A DNA stretch of 63,236 bases, counting the filler, from Craspedostauros australis (Eukaryota): NCBI GenBank assembly GCA_030167865.1. It is 8 parts of 8 records of this genome, joined end to end, with 100 filler letters (N's around TTAATTAATTAA, not from the genome) between each part and the next. Parts side by side here need not be neighbours in the genome. Positions count along the whole stretch, not along the records: positions 15,420 to 37,563 come from JALAGF010006673.1; 7 more parts are not named here. One strand, given 5' to 3'. Below, in pieces: positions 23,181 through 35,914 of the stretch. A program made the translations under genes and the position numbers. Every line of letters begins with the position of its first letter. The stretch's first letter is position 1. The notes below the pieces were generated by a model. The model worked only from the letters and a program-made list of their open reading frames with translations, searched no databases and was not told the origin of the DNA.

Positions 23181-24677
23181 ACCCAAGACCTGACATACTC
23201 ATGATACCATTGTCATTGTACATACGTACTTATGAGAGGCTGTCGTTGCGGTACTTCTCTTCCGCTGTGACATGATTCGTTATGCATTCCATTCGGACCA
23301 TCACATCAACGCAGCAATAAATGATACTATCAATGACACATCTTCATCTTGGTTCCCATGTGACTGGAACGTACATCTTGGTCTTGATCCCACAGTGAAC
23401 ACTCAACGTGTTGTCCGATTTTGACGTTTTTCTCGTGACTTAGTCTACTGAACATTGCACGCAGCGTGGAGACAGAAAAGTGAATCAGCCAAAAACCCGA
23501 AAAGCGCACCTGGTGGCTAATTTGCGCTTTTTTGTGGCTTTTTGGTAATTATTGGTAACCATTGGCCTATCGCCGACGGCACAAGCTGCCATTCGATGAG
23601 CTGACAGCCGTTGCCTGACATCTTTGTATCATTAGGAAGAGGAGAGTGAGAGCTCTCTGTTGATGTGTTCATTAGAGGCCAATCGCATTTCACATTCACA
23701 CCCCTGTGTTCATGTCACATGTGGCACTCACATTCGGATTTCACATTGGTACTAGTGACTAGTTCGTGACCTACTCAGAAAGACGACCAACATGACTGAA
23801 TCGGCTTCTCTTCTGTAGAATAGAGTTCGAGTTTAGACTGATATGATCTGAATGCTTCGTTGCAGGTTATCGCATCACTTGTGGAGACCAAAGGATGGTA
23901 GGATCGTTAATGGGTGGGCTCTGAGTTGCACGCAACGCAAATCCCTATTTCTCCTCTTAGGAACTTCCTGGTGTGAGAGTTTCGTTGCCATCTCTTCTGT
24001 CTCAACTTTGCCACTAACAGAGGTCCGGTAACATATGCGCAAGCATTTTGTCCCTGATAATTCATGGCTTGTTCAAGGCTCTGTTGCCAATATCGACGAC
24101 AGAAACCTCTTGATCACTGTATCATGGAGATAGATCATCAGCTTGTTGTCCAACAGAAGCTCTTACCGCAGTCTACACAGAACTATTGCGATTGCATGTT
24201 GGGTTGGTTGGAGACCACCAACAACTTCCGATATGGCAGTCAGGATCTCCAAAGGATGCAAAATGCGCGTTGGTAGAAGTCCCTGGTCGTATCTGACGAC
24301 ACTAGTCCTCAGAGCATCAGGAACACGCCGCGGATGTTGTATCGGGTGAAATAGGAAATGAGCAAAGATTCCTCAGCTGGATCATGAAGGTGGCCTTTGA
24401 TACTTGCGCGCAGATATCATATGTGAAGCTTATAGGCATATTCGACATCGTAATCGCTCTCTATCGCTCCATGCACCCCTCATTCGGAATGCTAGTTTCA
24501 TCATCACTAGCATCTCANNNNNNNNNNNNNNNNNNNNNNNNNNNNNNNNNNNNNNNNNNNNNNNNNNNNNNNNNNNNNNNNNNNNNNNNNNNNNNNNNNN
24601 NNNNNNNNNNNNNNNNNNNNNNNNNNNNNNNNNNNNNNNNNNNNNNNNNNNNNNNNNNNNNNNNNNNNNNNNNNNNN

Positions 24678-24777
24678 ACTTTCCGAGGGGGAAGTTCGCA
24701 TGTTGCCCCTCTAAAAATGTCATTATCAGGTTATTTTGTACCGTGGGACTCCCAATGTGAAATGCGATAGGCCTCTA
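24678..24777. mobile_element. Right end of a TAGAG...CTCTA-type DNA transposon family member
   Basis: TATCAGGTTAT...AATGCGATAGGCCTCTA resembles 29870-29968 and 35691-35772. Confidence 0.55.
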
Positions 24778-24778
24778 T

Positions 24779-27700
24779 GACCCACTTGAGTGACGGGACC
24801 TGCAGTCCGTCCTGGGATGGTGGCAACATACGATGCTTTCGACCAAGCCACCCACATATTAATAAACTAGATAAAAATATAAGATGCACTGTGGACGCCG
24901 ATTTTGCTTTAATGTCTTATTTTAAGTTTTATGGACCTTTGTAGATTTACGGTCCACTTGGTCGAATATGCACGCTGCTCCGTGATGATCGCAAGGCATT
25001 GATTAGCTTTTCCGATGCAAACAACGCAATGTGCCCAGACACGTTCGGGAAAGGCCATTTTTTGACGGGTTGCGCACGGAATTTGACATTTCAGCCACGT
25101 CATTGTTCGACCTGTCCGAACACGTTTTTGAAATAAGTCGCCGTTATTGGACGTTACGATTCAAATTTAAATTTTGACTCTCGTCACATGTCACAAATCT
25201 CCTCACATTTTGCCACCAAATCGAGTTTTGCTTTTCGTGGTGGTGTACGGTGCTTGTTGCATGTTCATGTAGTGTTTGTATCGTCACCTTCTTGCATCCC
25301 TCCTGCTCAGTTCACTTCCATCAATACTACTCATCTCCATCCTCCCATCAGTGCCAATCAGCGTCATGCCTGTCTCTACCACGAAAGCTGCGTCGAAGGA
25401 CGCCAATCCTTCTCCCTCCAAGAAGCAACGTATGCCATCTTCTCCATCTGTGCGTCCGTTTCCACTGGATCCGATCAATCGCAAGGAACTGTTTGTACCA
25501 TCTACTGGTGAGAAGCTTCTGCCTCCATTGGGTATGGATGGGAAGCAACACATTCCACCGCCTACAATAAACAAGGTCTTGCCTCCTGCGCTCAAAGGTG
25601 CGACCTTCGACAACGAGTGTGACGTTGAGATCCTCACCAACAATGAACAGGTTCGCGCACTCAATGCAACCAACAAGAAGCTCTTCGTCCGTGTGCACAT
25701 CACCACCAACAATGGCATGATTCTTGATACCTCCAAGGTCACTGTGCAGGCCTTCAGACACGGCTCCAATGGAGGGACAAAGGTGCATGTCAATGTCTGC
25801 GTCTCGACTCTGGAATCCCTCCCCACACCCCTTTCCGCACCAGCCATCCAACCAGAAAAGAAAGGCAAGCACATCCAACGTGGCAACGCTGGCGACTACG
25901 AAGCCTACTGCCCCAAGAGACACAACAGAACCAAGACCAGGAAATCAAGCGCGAGAAGGTTCGGATTCAAACCCAACAAGGAGAGGACTGATGCATTTGA
26001 AACCATGCGCGAGGTCTTGCAGGAGCTCGGAGGGAAGACCCTCGCTTCTGTTCTTGCTGACTTTCCTCGTTGCGGATTTGTATTGGGGCGCAGTTCCGAC
26101 AGGCAAGTGTGGAGCAAAGTGAAGAAGATCTTTGCGGTGGCCTCCAATGCGCTGTGGAAAGCGCTGATCCCAGCCACGACCTTGCCAGTTCCGCAGATGG
26201 AGCAAGTGGTGGCGTTCGTGCGCGCAGGAGTGGACTTGCTGCCAGTCAAGCTAGCTCCCAACCTCTACACGATTTGCCTCGTCGGTGAGAAGAACATCGC
26301 ACGTACAGCAAGGTGCATTCTTGCCATGTCCGCTTTGCCACGCCAGTGCACAAACCTCCTCACCTGATACAAGAGCGAACTTCCTGACGTTCAGCATCTC
26401 GGCCTCTTGCCACAGCAATACACCATCACGCGGGGCCAGCTCCTCACTCTGCGCAACTACTACGAGCTCTTGCGCAAGGGCAATGTGCTTGGTGCTGCTG
26501 TCTACAACTATTGCATCAGCGCATACAGCTTGGACAGCATGGTGTCCTTCATCAGCACCACTACCACATACGAGGCAAGACTTTGTCACAACATCAAGTG
26601 GGGAGGGGTGATATTTGAAAATGTGTCAGTATTCGAACGTGGCGAGACGAGCGTCGACGAGCTGTTCCAAATATACAAGACTACAACAAACAACCCAGTC
26701 AGTGAGCCAGCATTCCAACAAATGACAGGCCTGCTCATGCGCAGAGGCAAAGTGGTTACTGGTCTCTCCTCTTTTGAAAACTACTTCTGGATGGCAACCA
26801 AGATGCTGAAGGAGATGCTCGTGCTCTTGAATACCCTACTCGAGGATTCATTCAATGGTGATGACGGACATGACAACCTAACCGTGGAGTACATTCAAAC
26901 CTGTGAGACATTGTTGCGCGATCTGGACCTTATGATCACATTCCTCAAGTGGGAGTATACCGCGTCGCACATGCAGATCAAGTGCGAAGAAGACCCGATG
27001 CATTGCGCTCATTTCGCCCTTTGCCACGATTAAAAAATTCGACAGGCAAAGTCTGCACTCAGCACCAAAAACACAACAGTGCCTGCCAACACCAACAAGA
27101 CATGCATGGTCGTCCATCCTCCCACAGCAATCGCAGAGTGTGATGCCAACACCCTTTCCCCCATTGCACAATCAACAAGGCAAGGTATGCGACAGATGTG
27201 GAGAAGCAATGCGATTCATGGATGCTCACGTCGCCCCATTCATTGAGACACTCAAGGCCAATCATCTATGCGACCATGAGGATGAACTACGCAGTATGCT
27301 GGAGGTGGTATCGGGCTTCAACAACGAGATCATTGCGTACGTGGCACACCAAGTGAGAGCAAAGGTCCAATTCGAGCATATGAACAAGTACAAGGCCAAG
27401 CTCAACAACAATGACAAGTGCGCCTATGTTGTCATCGACCATAAGCAGAAGATTCTACTGACAGCGCAAGGAGAATTGCAGACAGAGTACTGGGGCAAGA
27501 AGGGCATGTCGCTCCTTGGTGTTATGATTGTCATCTGCAAAAATGACAAATTCACGTATCGCTTTGTTGACATAATTGTTCATGGCCGGCCAACCCAAGA
27601 CACACTTCAAGTTGGTGGGCTTCTCAAAATCATCCAGAAGAAGGTACACAATCTCCTACCATCAGTCACAGAAATCATTCTGCAGTCAGACAACGCGGGC

Positions 27701-29380
27701 TGCTTTGCCAGCCATGAGCACATCGCGCTTGTCTCATCGCGGATCAACAAGAACATGTCACGCAACGGACTTCCCCAATTTGTCATTTGGATCTACACAG
27801 AAGCCCAAACCGGCAAAGGACGAATCGACACTCACTTCGCCTACATCACTATCGTACTACGATCATACATGCAAAGCGGCGGCAAAATTCAAACCGAACA
27901 CAAAATCTTCAACGCGATGCGAATGGGAAATATCAGAGGTACTACCACTGTCTTGGTTGATGCATCAGGTTTGGAAGGTCGCTGTGTGATGCACAAGACA
28001 AATCCGTGCAACAGGTTCCGTGCGAAGGGCATGAATGTACGATCAACGCACGAGATGCAACACAGAAATGGCTATACAGACTTACTTGCAGCTTCAAATG
28101 TCACTAATCCAGTGCGTGTGGAGGAAGCGGAATGGGAAGACTATGACGTCATGAATTTCGAGGTTCCCATCATCAACGAACACCAATCAACGTAACAACC
28201 ACTCACAGCAACATCGCCGCGGAAGCAGAAAAAGACCCTCAGGTTCGTGAAGAGCACCACCGAAAGCAAGGCGCTGACGTACCTCGAAGCGATCAACATG
28301 GCAGCCTTGGAGACACCTGACGTAAGTAGTGTACTGCAGGACACCACAGCAGCAACAGAACACCTGCAATTGGCTGGACCTGGCTGGGCTGCGAAAGCCA
28401 TACGATGCAACAAGCCCATTTGCCCATACCTGGTGGAAGTGTTGGAGGAGGTGTGCAGAGTGGCACGCGCGGACCCCAAGAACAGACCGACCGAGTACGA
28501 GGCATTCAGGCGGTGCATGGAGACGACCAAAATGAAGACTGACTGGTATGCGCGGGTGCACGTGAACCCAATGCAAGTGAAGCTATACATGTCCGCGTCG
28601 TACCAGCGCACGAAACCGAAGGCCGCGAACACGAGAACCCCGGAAACCACGATCAACAAAACCGCGACAAACACAACGAACACAACAATCGCCCCACCAC
28701 CGACGAACGCGAACAGCACCGACACAGAGATCGTGCCTGCACAACACACAACAGCAGATGAGGAGGAAATCGCACTGCAACAAGAAGAAAACGAAGCATC
28801 GGAGCAAATTGCGTGCGAGACACAAACAATGAAGGAGAATACGGAATCTCCAGAGTTGGTGGAACAAAATATAAAAACACAATTGTTGTGGCAAGTCAGA
28901 GCTGCAATGGAGGCAAGTTATTACACACGTGAAACCCAATTAAGATGAAAAGGGGTAACGATGCAGATTATGAGTCTTATCGATGTCGTACGAGTCTGTG
29001 CAACTGCTTCACTGCTGGATCGTCCGTGATTGGTGCGCGTGTTCACAGCGTAACGCCAATTCAACGGTTTCACACGTATCACGGTTTGGAGGGACTAAGA
29101 AAATAAATTAGCACTGCAATTGACATCGATAATTNTTCTTTTGGCGATACGAATCAAGGCACNAAGACACNGAATCTGGCCGTNGTGCGCTAGTCGTGTC
29201 TAGATGAGCGCGAAATCGATGGGTCCATAAAACTTAAAATAAGACATTAAAGCAAAATCGGCGTCCACAGTGCATCTTATATTTTTATCTAGTTTATTAA
29301 TATGTGGGTGGCTTGGTCGAAAGCCCCGTATGTTGCCACCATCCCAGGACGGACTGCAGGTCCCGTCACTCAAGTGGGTC
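24779..29380 (+). mobile_element. Full-length Sola3-like DNA transposon, 159-bp TIRs, 4-bp TSD CTAT
   Basis: TIRs at 24779-24937 and 29222-29380 (2 mismatches); CTAT at 24775-24778 and 29381-29384; internal transposase. Confidence 0.9.
25366..28948 (+). pseudogene. Sola3-like DDD transposase, disrupted
   Basis: Motifs HCAHFAL, VIDHKQK, YWGKKGMS, QSDNAGCF, TEAQTGKGRID, GWAAK; in-frame TGA at 26365-26367, frameshifts at about 27030-27140, in-frame TAA at 28193-28195. Confidence 0.8.
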
Positions 29381-29384
29381 CTAT

Positions 29385-29968
29385 TAGAGAGGTTTCGCAT
29401 TGTTTCGTATTCCACTCAGAGGCCCCCAGACGCCATGTCACATACGACATGGTGCCAACAAGAGTTCTCAAGAATTGCTGGTTCTTGGAAGGACTGAAGT
29501 TAGTCCATCTAGTCATTCATCAAATTCCGTTTCGATTAGAATCTAGACCTTTTAGACCTGGAAGTCTTTGGCGGACGATCAGTGGAGATCAATGGACATT
29601 TTGACAGTATGATATTACAATTTTGAAGGTTATACTCTAATTGGAGTGCATTATGGATATGTTTATAGAGTCTGTTGCGAGAAACGATAATCCTAGCACT
29701 AGCATGGTTTCGAAGCAAGAACTAGACTAGAAATAAAATCTATTGTAGACATCGATAGAAGTTTCTTGATTGGATAAACATACATCTCCGCGTGGAAGTG
29801 ATACTTTTGCCGGGACTCTCTGAGTGGAATTGATATCCATTTCTGGTGCAGAAATGGAAATCAATTCCACTGAGCGAGGGGGTGATTTCTCGCCACCCCC
29901 GGATAAATGTCTCTATCAGGTTATGACTCCCTCGCGGGAATGGCTGAGTGGAATGCGAAACCTCTCTA
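29385..29968. mobile_element. MITE-like non-autonomous element with about 25-bp TIRs
   Basis: TAGAGAGGTTTCGCATT(+10-bp duplication)CCACTCAG at left; CTGAGTGGAATGCGAAACCTCTCTA at right; no coding content. Confidence 0.75.
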
Positions 29969-31837
29969 TTGTCTGCAAACGGTCTCCGCTTCGTGTTCAT
30001 CTCGGTGCCTCTTTTTGCCCTTCATCGGCCTTTTCCACACGGACGACATACGGACGTGGTTTCGGAATTTTTTCGTTGGTAACCATTGGTAACCGCGTAG
30101 AGTCTACGACGTTCTGGTACAGAAATTTGTTGCCTCTTGGTCCAATAGCGACCGACTGTCTTGCAAAGACCCGCATCCAATTCTGTTTCGTCTATTGCTC
30201 AAGTGAATGGCATGGATGGATTCGTTGCTTCATTCTGCTTCGGGTGATGTGTTGGTCAAAGGTCCAGAGTGCTTTTGTGTGTTGCTTTGGGTGTTTGAAG
30301 TCAGTCACCAATGCTCGTGACAGCCATGATCCCCAATCCGTGAACGCACAAAAGTTCGCGCCAAAAATTATCGTGTTTTTTACGTGTTGTTGAGTCGGAC
30401 TGTTTTGTTCGCAGGAGTCTCTTTACTTTATGCAAGCTTGTGCATCGCCCTGACGTCGGATCATCGTGCCGTTGCTTTCAGTAGACGCAGTATCCTCTCC
30501 TTAACCCGCCCATGTAGCCTTGCTCTTCGAACCTCACTTCCTCCAAAGACATATCAATTGCAAGTTTTTTCGTCGCTTTATCGCGTACTATCCTCGCGAG
30601 GAAACATCGCTTCCTGATCATGCGCCACACCTGTCTTCATTGACGCCAGTTGCTACACCCTCCCAAAGACTAACCACGCATCTCATGCTCATGCGATGGG
30701 TGAAGTCGTTGACGCAGTCGCTGTTCGTGCCCCATCAAACCACGTTCGAACCGTTCTGTGGAGGAAGCCTCATGTTCTTTACTGATCTCCAGCGCAACTA
30801 TGGCCAATCGAACACTGGCCTCTACATTGCACACGCGATACATGCTAAAATGCGCGTACATTGTGTGGGAATTATGCGCAGTGCAGTTCCTCATGCTCAG
30901 CGATGTGGAGGATCCAATGAAGAGCGGTCAGAGCAAGGCGAGGTTGAACTCCTCGGTGCGAAGCAGTCTACTCTACTCTATTCTGGGCTGCTCCTGTGTG
31001 CTAATCCTAACCAAGGATCATTGCTCCTCCAGCAGGATGGATGCAACAATACACATGCATCCTAGTTGCTGTTGCCAAGACTGTTGCTGGTATACGACCC
31101 CATTCAGGATACGATAGTACATTCTTGCCGATTTTTAATTTGAGGACCGATATCATCCTATTATGTTGTGGAGGGTATATGTGTGAATTATTAGACGCCT
31201 GGACCTTATAGTTAAAAAGTTTATATTTTTCGCATTAATCTACAACTAGACACGTATAGCATGCGGACGCAAAAGGGCAAATTGTGTTGGGAATCACCAG
31301 TCGTGCTTCAGCTTGCTGTCCAGTCGTGCCCTTGATCGACAGACTCACATTTCGCGTGGGCAAGGCGGTTGGGTGCGAAGAGATGTTGAGGATTGCGCGG
31401 TAGCAGTAGGCATGGTGATGATGATGCTTCATCTGGGCTGTGGATCAGTGGTCGAAATCCAGAGTTGTGGGTTGGTGGGTAATCCAGATCTTCACCCCCG
31501 CCTTGACTTTCACACTGCCTTGTTCTCGGTTCTGCTCCCGTTGATGTCCTGGGACGTTGAGCTTCGTCCATGTCTCAAGCAGCACACACTGCCTTCCCTC
31601 CATATGCACACTCTATCCCTTCATGACCCAGAGATAATTGCACTATTATATCGTATATCTCGANNNNNNNNNNNNNNNNNNNNNNNNNNNNNNNNNNNNN
31701 NNNNNNNNNNNNNTTATATCGTATATCTCGACACCGTGTAAATTTTTGAACGCGTTTGTCCTACCACGGCCTACGTGAAAACTAAATCGGTACCATCATT
31801 TACTAGTGCTATTGTCGGGAATCACTGAAGTTTTGTT

Positions 31838-32614
31838 TTACCATACTTCATCACCTTCCATGGTATATACCCCAATGGTCTTTGCAGACATGGACTCTAC
31901 ACAAGCTGCAGATCCGTTTGACCCTCTTGGGAGTGTTTTCTTCCAGGCCAGTAATTTATTTGTGGCCTTCAAGTAGCAGCAATATTGGCAAAGTTGTTGC
32001 TTTCCATCTTCGTCGATTATCTGTCTGTGGTCTTTGTACACACCCATGAACCTATCCTCGCTCAACACTGGTTGATTCTTGTTCATCCTTGTCCTTGTTC
32101 TTATCTGCTTTGGGATTCTCCTTGCCCTCCTTGTGCCACGGACTTCACAGGTCCTCGCTTTCAACACCAGTGCTTCCACCATTGCCAAGCCATATGATTT
32201 GTGATCCATTCAATCCTCCTCCACAAGGTGACTGTGCATGATCCATGAGTTCACTCTCAGTATGTCAAGTAGGTGAAACATGATTGGCATCCATACCCTT
32301 CAACACTGCAGATTTGGTTGATAGTATGCGAGAAGCTGATCACGCCAATCCACCCCTCCCATCCAATGATTGTAGTCATCGATCATTCTTGGGATCCTGT
32401 TTGCAGCATTCCAGTCATCACCCCAGACAATCTTCAGATGGTTCTTGTTTGTTGTGGTCTGTTGTGGTCGATGTCGATTCTTTGCGACTGTCTCATTTGC
32501 ATAATGGACTGTACTCACCATGAGCACCACATTGTTATCCACCCATCAAGTAATGACATACTTGTCACTCTCTGTCCAGATGTACAGAGAGTTGAAGCGA
32601 TCATCTTCGATGTC
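31838..32614 (-). pseudogene. piggyBac transposase, C-terminal remnant
   Basis: WVDNNVVLMVSTVH, PRMIDDYNHWMGGVDWRDQLLAYY, and a C-terminal Cys-rich tail (CQYC); stops and frameshifts. Confidence 0.85.
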
Positions 32615-33699
32615 TGTTAGAACGAAATCAAGGATGGGATTCCGCACTGAAACGTAGAGTGATCAGATCGTTGTTGGGGTGAGGATGAGTGTTTGTTATT
32701 GAGTGTTATCCGTATGGTAGTATGAATGCAGGNNNNNNNNNNNNNNNNNTTCTTGAGAACTGTGAGCATGAGAGAGACATGACAGGTCTCATGCAAATTG
32801 CAAGTGAAATTAACACGGAGACAACACGGCAAATGTGCGTGTTACTGCGTGAAGATGAGGTGCAAAAGTCAATGAACAAAAAACACCGCGATAGCCCGTG
32901 TTGTGTATTACGTCTTCTCACGATGTTGCTAGTAGTACGATCACACGATTGATCGTATTCACTTGAGAAGGTCAGGGCAAGATTCGCACGNNNNNNNNNN
33001 NNNNNNNNNNNNNNNNNNNNNNNNNNNNNNNNNNNNNNNNTCACACGATTGATCGTATTCACTTGAGAAGGTCAGGACAAGATTCGCACGTGTCACACCC
33101 AAGATCCAAGTCTGTCCTGATTGGACAGATTGGTTCATCTTGGCAAGAAATCAATTTCCGCGACATTTTTGGATCTGTGATTGAGGGAAAACGATTCTTG
33201 CGACGCGAAATGCGACACAAATCTGACACAACGGATTTTCGACCAAAATTTCCGTTCGGAACGGAAAAGGTAAGAAAAGTGAAGATTTCTGATTGGTCGA
33301 CGGGTGTCGCTATTGTTAGAGATTTAGCGTGCGCTAATACCTTCTATGGTCATACCATGGATAGGTTGAAGATCGTTGTTGAAGTTTCCGCATTGTCCAG
33401 AGACTGTGGCCAACATGCAAGTGTTGATTCCGATTGGCATATCACCCATCCGATGCAATGCCATCTGCATCGCAGAGGTGCCTTGCAGTTCTGTGACTGA
33501 TAACGTTGACTGGATGGGCATGCTGACATGTCAGTTCTCGCTGATGTTTCCATTTCTGGGAGCGGAATGCTGACTACTGTTGAAGTTTCCATTTCCGTCG
33601 TCGAAGTGGACGTGAGGAGCTGACTTGGTGTGTACCTTGGCGGATTTGGATGAGGACGATTTCTTGTCATACAAGCACTTCTTCCCGGAGGAGTCAGCA

Positions 33700-34240
33700 T
33701 GCTTGCCAGATCAGGTGTGACAGTTGGATGTCTTGTGCTTGCCCCATGCCTTGTGGTTGTCACACCAGTGGAAGGTGGTTCCCTGGTGGACAAAGTGCCT
33801 GGGGTTGGTTCCCTTTGGCGGATCTTGATTGGCAATAGGGTGGTTGCTGCCTTGTGGCAAGCTGTCTCTTGGTTGTCGTTCTTGTTGTTTGCTTGCTTGC
33901 TGGATGATTTGGTGAGTGACGATTTGAGCTGCTTCGTCTTGGCTCAGAGAGCAAGGAGCTGCTTGTCGCAAGAAAGGCAGTTCCATGTGCTGGCATTGAC
34001 CACGCTCTGGTACTTGGTCTCAGCAGTATTCATGAGACTAATGTAGTCTGGAGTACCGCAGTCGCTGCAGCGCTGGATGCGGCTGACAAACTCCTCATTG
34101 TATGATGTGTTTTATGCAGTGATGAGTGCAAAGGTGACTTTGCAGCCAACTGTTTCGCCTTTGGACTGGAGAGTGAAGACTTGGTTGCGAACGTGGTTGT
34201 TCAGCTTCTTGATGTTGTTGTTGAAGTCTTTGAGCTTCAA
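33700..34240 (-). pseudogene. LTR-retrotransposon gag remnant (diatom copia-like)
   Basis: LKDFNNNIKKLNNHV helical region and the FHWCDNHKAWGKHKTSNC zinc-knuckle-like motif; disrupted. Confidence 0.6.
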
Positions 34241-35559
34241 CCAATGTAGTTTGATACCAACCGCACCACTCCAAGCGCACTCCCAAGAGTACGGCCATGG
34301 AGCCTGCAGTGGTAGATCCGTCTGGAAGTTATCGAAATATATGGATGCTGATATCACGCAGTTCTGCATTGGACAAGACTGCACGGTACGCATCACCTTG
34401 TACAGCAATATGCATACCAATGCATTGCACAGGCCGTTTTCAGAGATCCAATCAACTGGACAACTCCAAGCACACTCCAAAAAGTGCGGTCACCCAGTTT
34501 GAATTCCTAGATCAGTTTAGAAGGGATCCAATTCTATGGATGCTTATACCAAGCAGTACTGAATGGTACGCATTGCGCTGTACAACGTTCTGAGCATGCG
34601 TGCATACAAAATGTCAATCATACTCCAATCCAACACTTCGATGCCTCTGAATCTCCTCCAAAGTGTACGAATATTGAGTTCAAAGTGATAGATCCATGTG
34701 GGAAGGACTTAAATCTACAGATCAAGATGTCGTTTGATGCATAGCTCACAGTACTGCCACACACAAGACGCCATGATATCCAGATCCATCGGTATGAGTA
34801 CCTTCCAGAAGGATCCAAGACCTCANNNNNNNNNNNNNNNNNNNNNNNNNNNNNNNNNNNNNNNNNNNNNNNNNNACTTCGTGGCTGTACCCCATGGAGT
34901 GTGCTTGGAGTGGTGGGGTTGTTACAATCAAGTATGCTTGACCTTTTGTATGCACATATTACCAACACAGTACACACAGTGACCGAACGGTATCGCAGGA
35001 AGGGACTACATGTAGTCTGAAACTCCTTGCAGTTGGATGTAGACCATTCCAAGGTCGGTACATGCCAATGGCGATGTCAGCATGCAATCGNNNNNNNNNN
35101 NNNNNNNNNNNNNNNNNNNNNNNNNNNNNNNNNNNNNNNNACATGTAGTCTGAAACTCCTTGCAGTTGGATGTAGACCATTCCAAGGTCGGTACATGCCA
35201 ATGGCGATGTCAGCATGCAATCGAGAATAGCTGATTCGACCCTCTGCTCAACAGGATTCATCGACAACATCATAAACTAGAGTACTCTACGCTGTTCAAC
35301 AGGGAAATGGTTGATGTGTACACTTCGTGGCTAAACTAACATTTTCAATGCTGTCGCAGTGATACGCCGACCATTTCAGTCATCCAATCATCGTGCCAGG
35401 CACCAAAACGACCTGGTTAGTGAATTTGCTCGTTCGGATACGGCCAGATTCGTGAATTGGCACTAAATCTGAACAAAAAGTCAACGACAACGACAACAAC
35501 AACCACGACCAAAACTTTGGAGGTAAAACAAAATGAATGGCTGTTGTTGGTTTGCACCT

Positions 35560-35772
35560 GGAATTGGTATCTTTTGCCGGGACTGTGGGAACAGAATATC
35601 ATTCTGTTTACGACGCCTAAACAGAATGATATTCTGCTCGNNNNNNNNNNNNNNNNNNNNNNNNNNNNNNNNNNNNNNNNNNNNNNNNNNCCCCTGAAAA
35701 GTGTCTCTATCAGGTTATGACTCCCTCGTGGGACTGCTCGGGACTGGGGGAACAGAATGCGAAAGTCCTCTA
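35560..35772. mobile_element. Right end of a TAGAG...CTCTA-type DNA transposon, abutting an LTR
   Basis: TGTCTCTATCAGGTTATGACTCCCTCG and CTTTTGCCGGGACT are shared with 29800-29968; ends GAATGCGAAAGTCCTCTA. Confidence 0.7.
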
Positions 35773-35914
35773 TTTCCACTGTAATTCTGACGAATCACAG
35801 CATACTATTGACACGAATGTAGTTATACCGTCCAAGTGCGTATGAGAGAATAACAGGTGAACGATGCACATATACTCGTACATCTCGACATATACTCACA
35901 TGTACATCTCGACA
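35773..35914 (-). mobile_element. 5' part of a copia LTR (same family as 58823), inserted in the RT region of another copia
   Basis: Reverse complement closely matches 58823-58965; begins TGTCGAGATG. Confidence 0.85.

Noticed and set aside
31803..31808. ACTAGT next to the piggyBac remnant as its terminus
   Set aside because: The adjacent sequence does not match the GCCTCRAAGAGCCGG terminus, so no link between the remnant and that family can be shown
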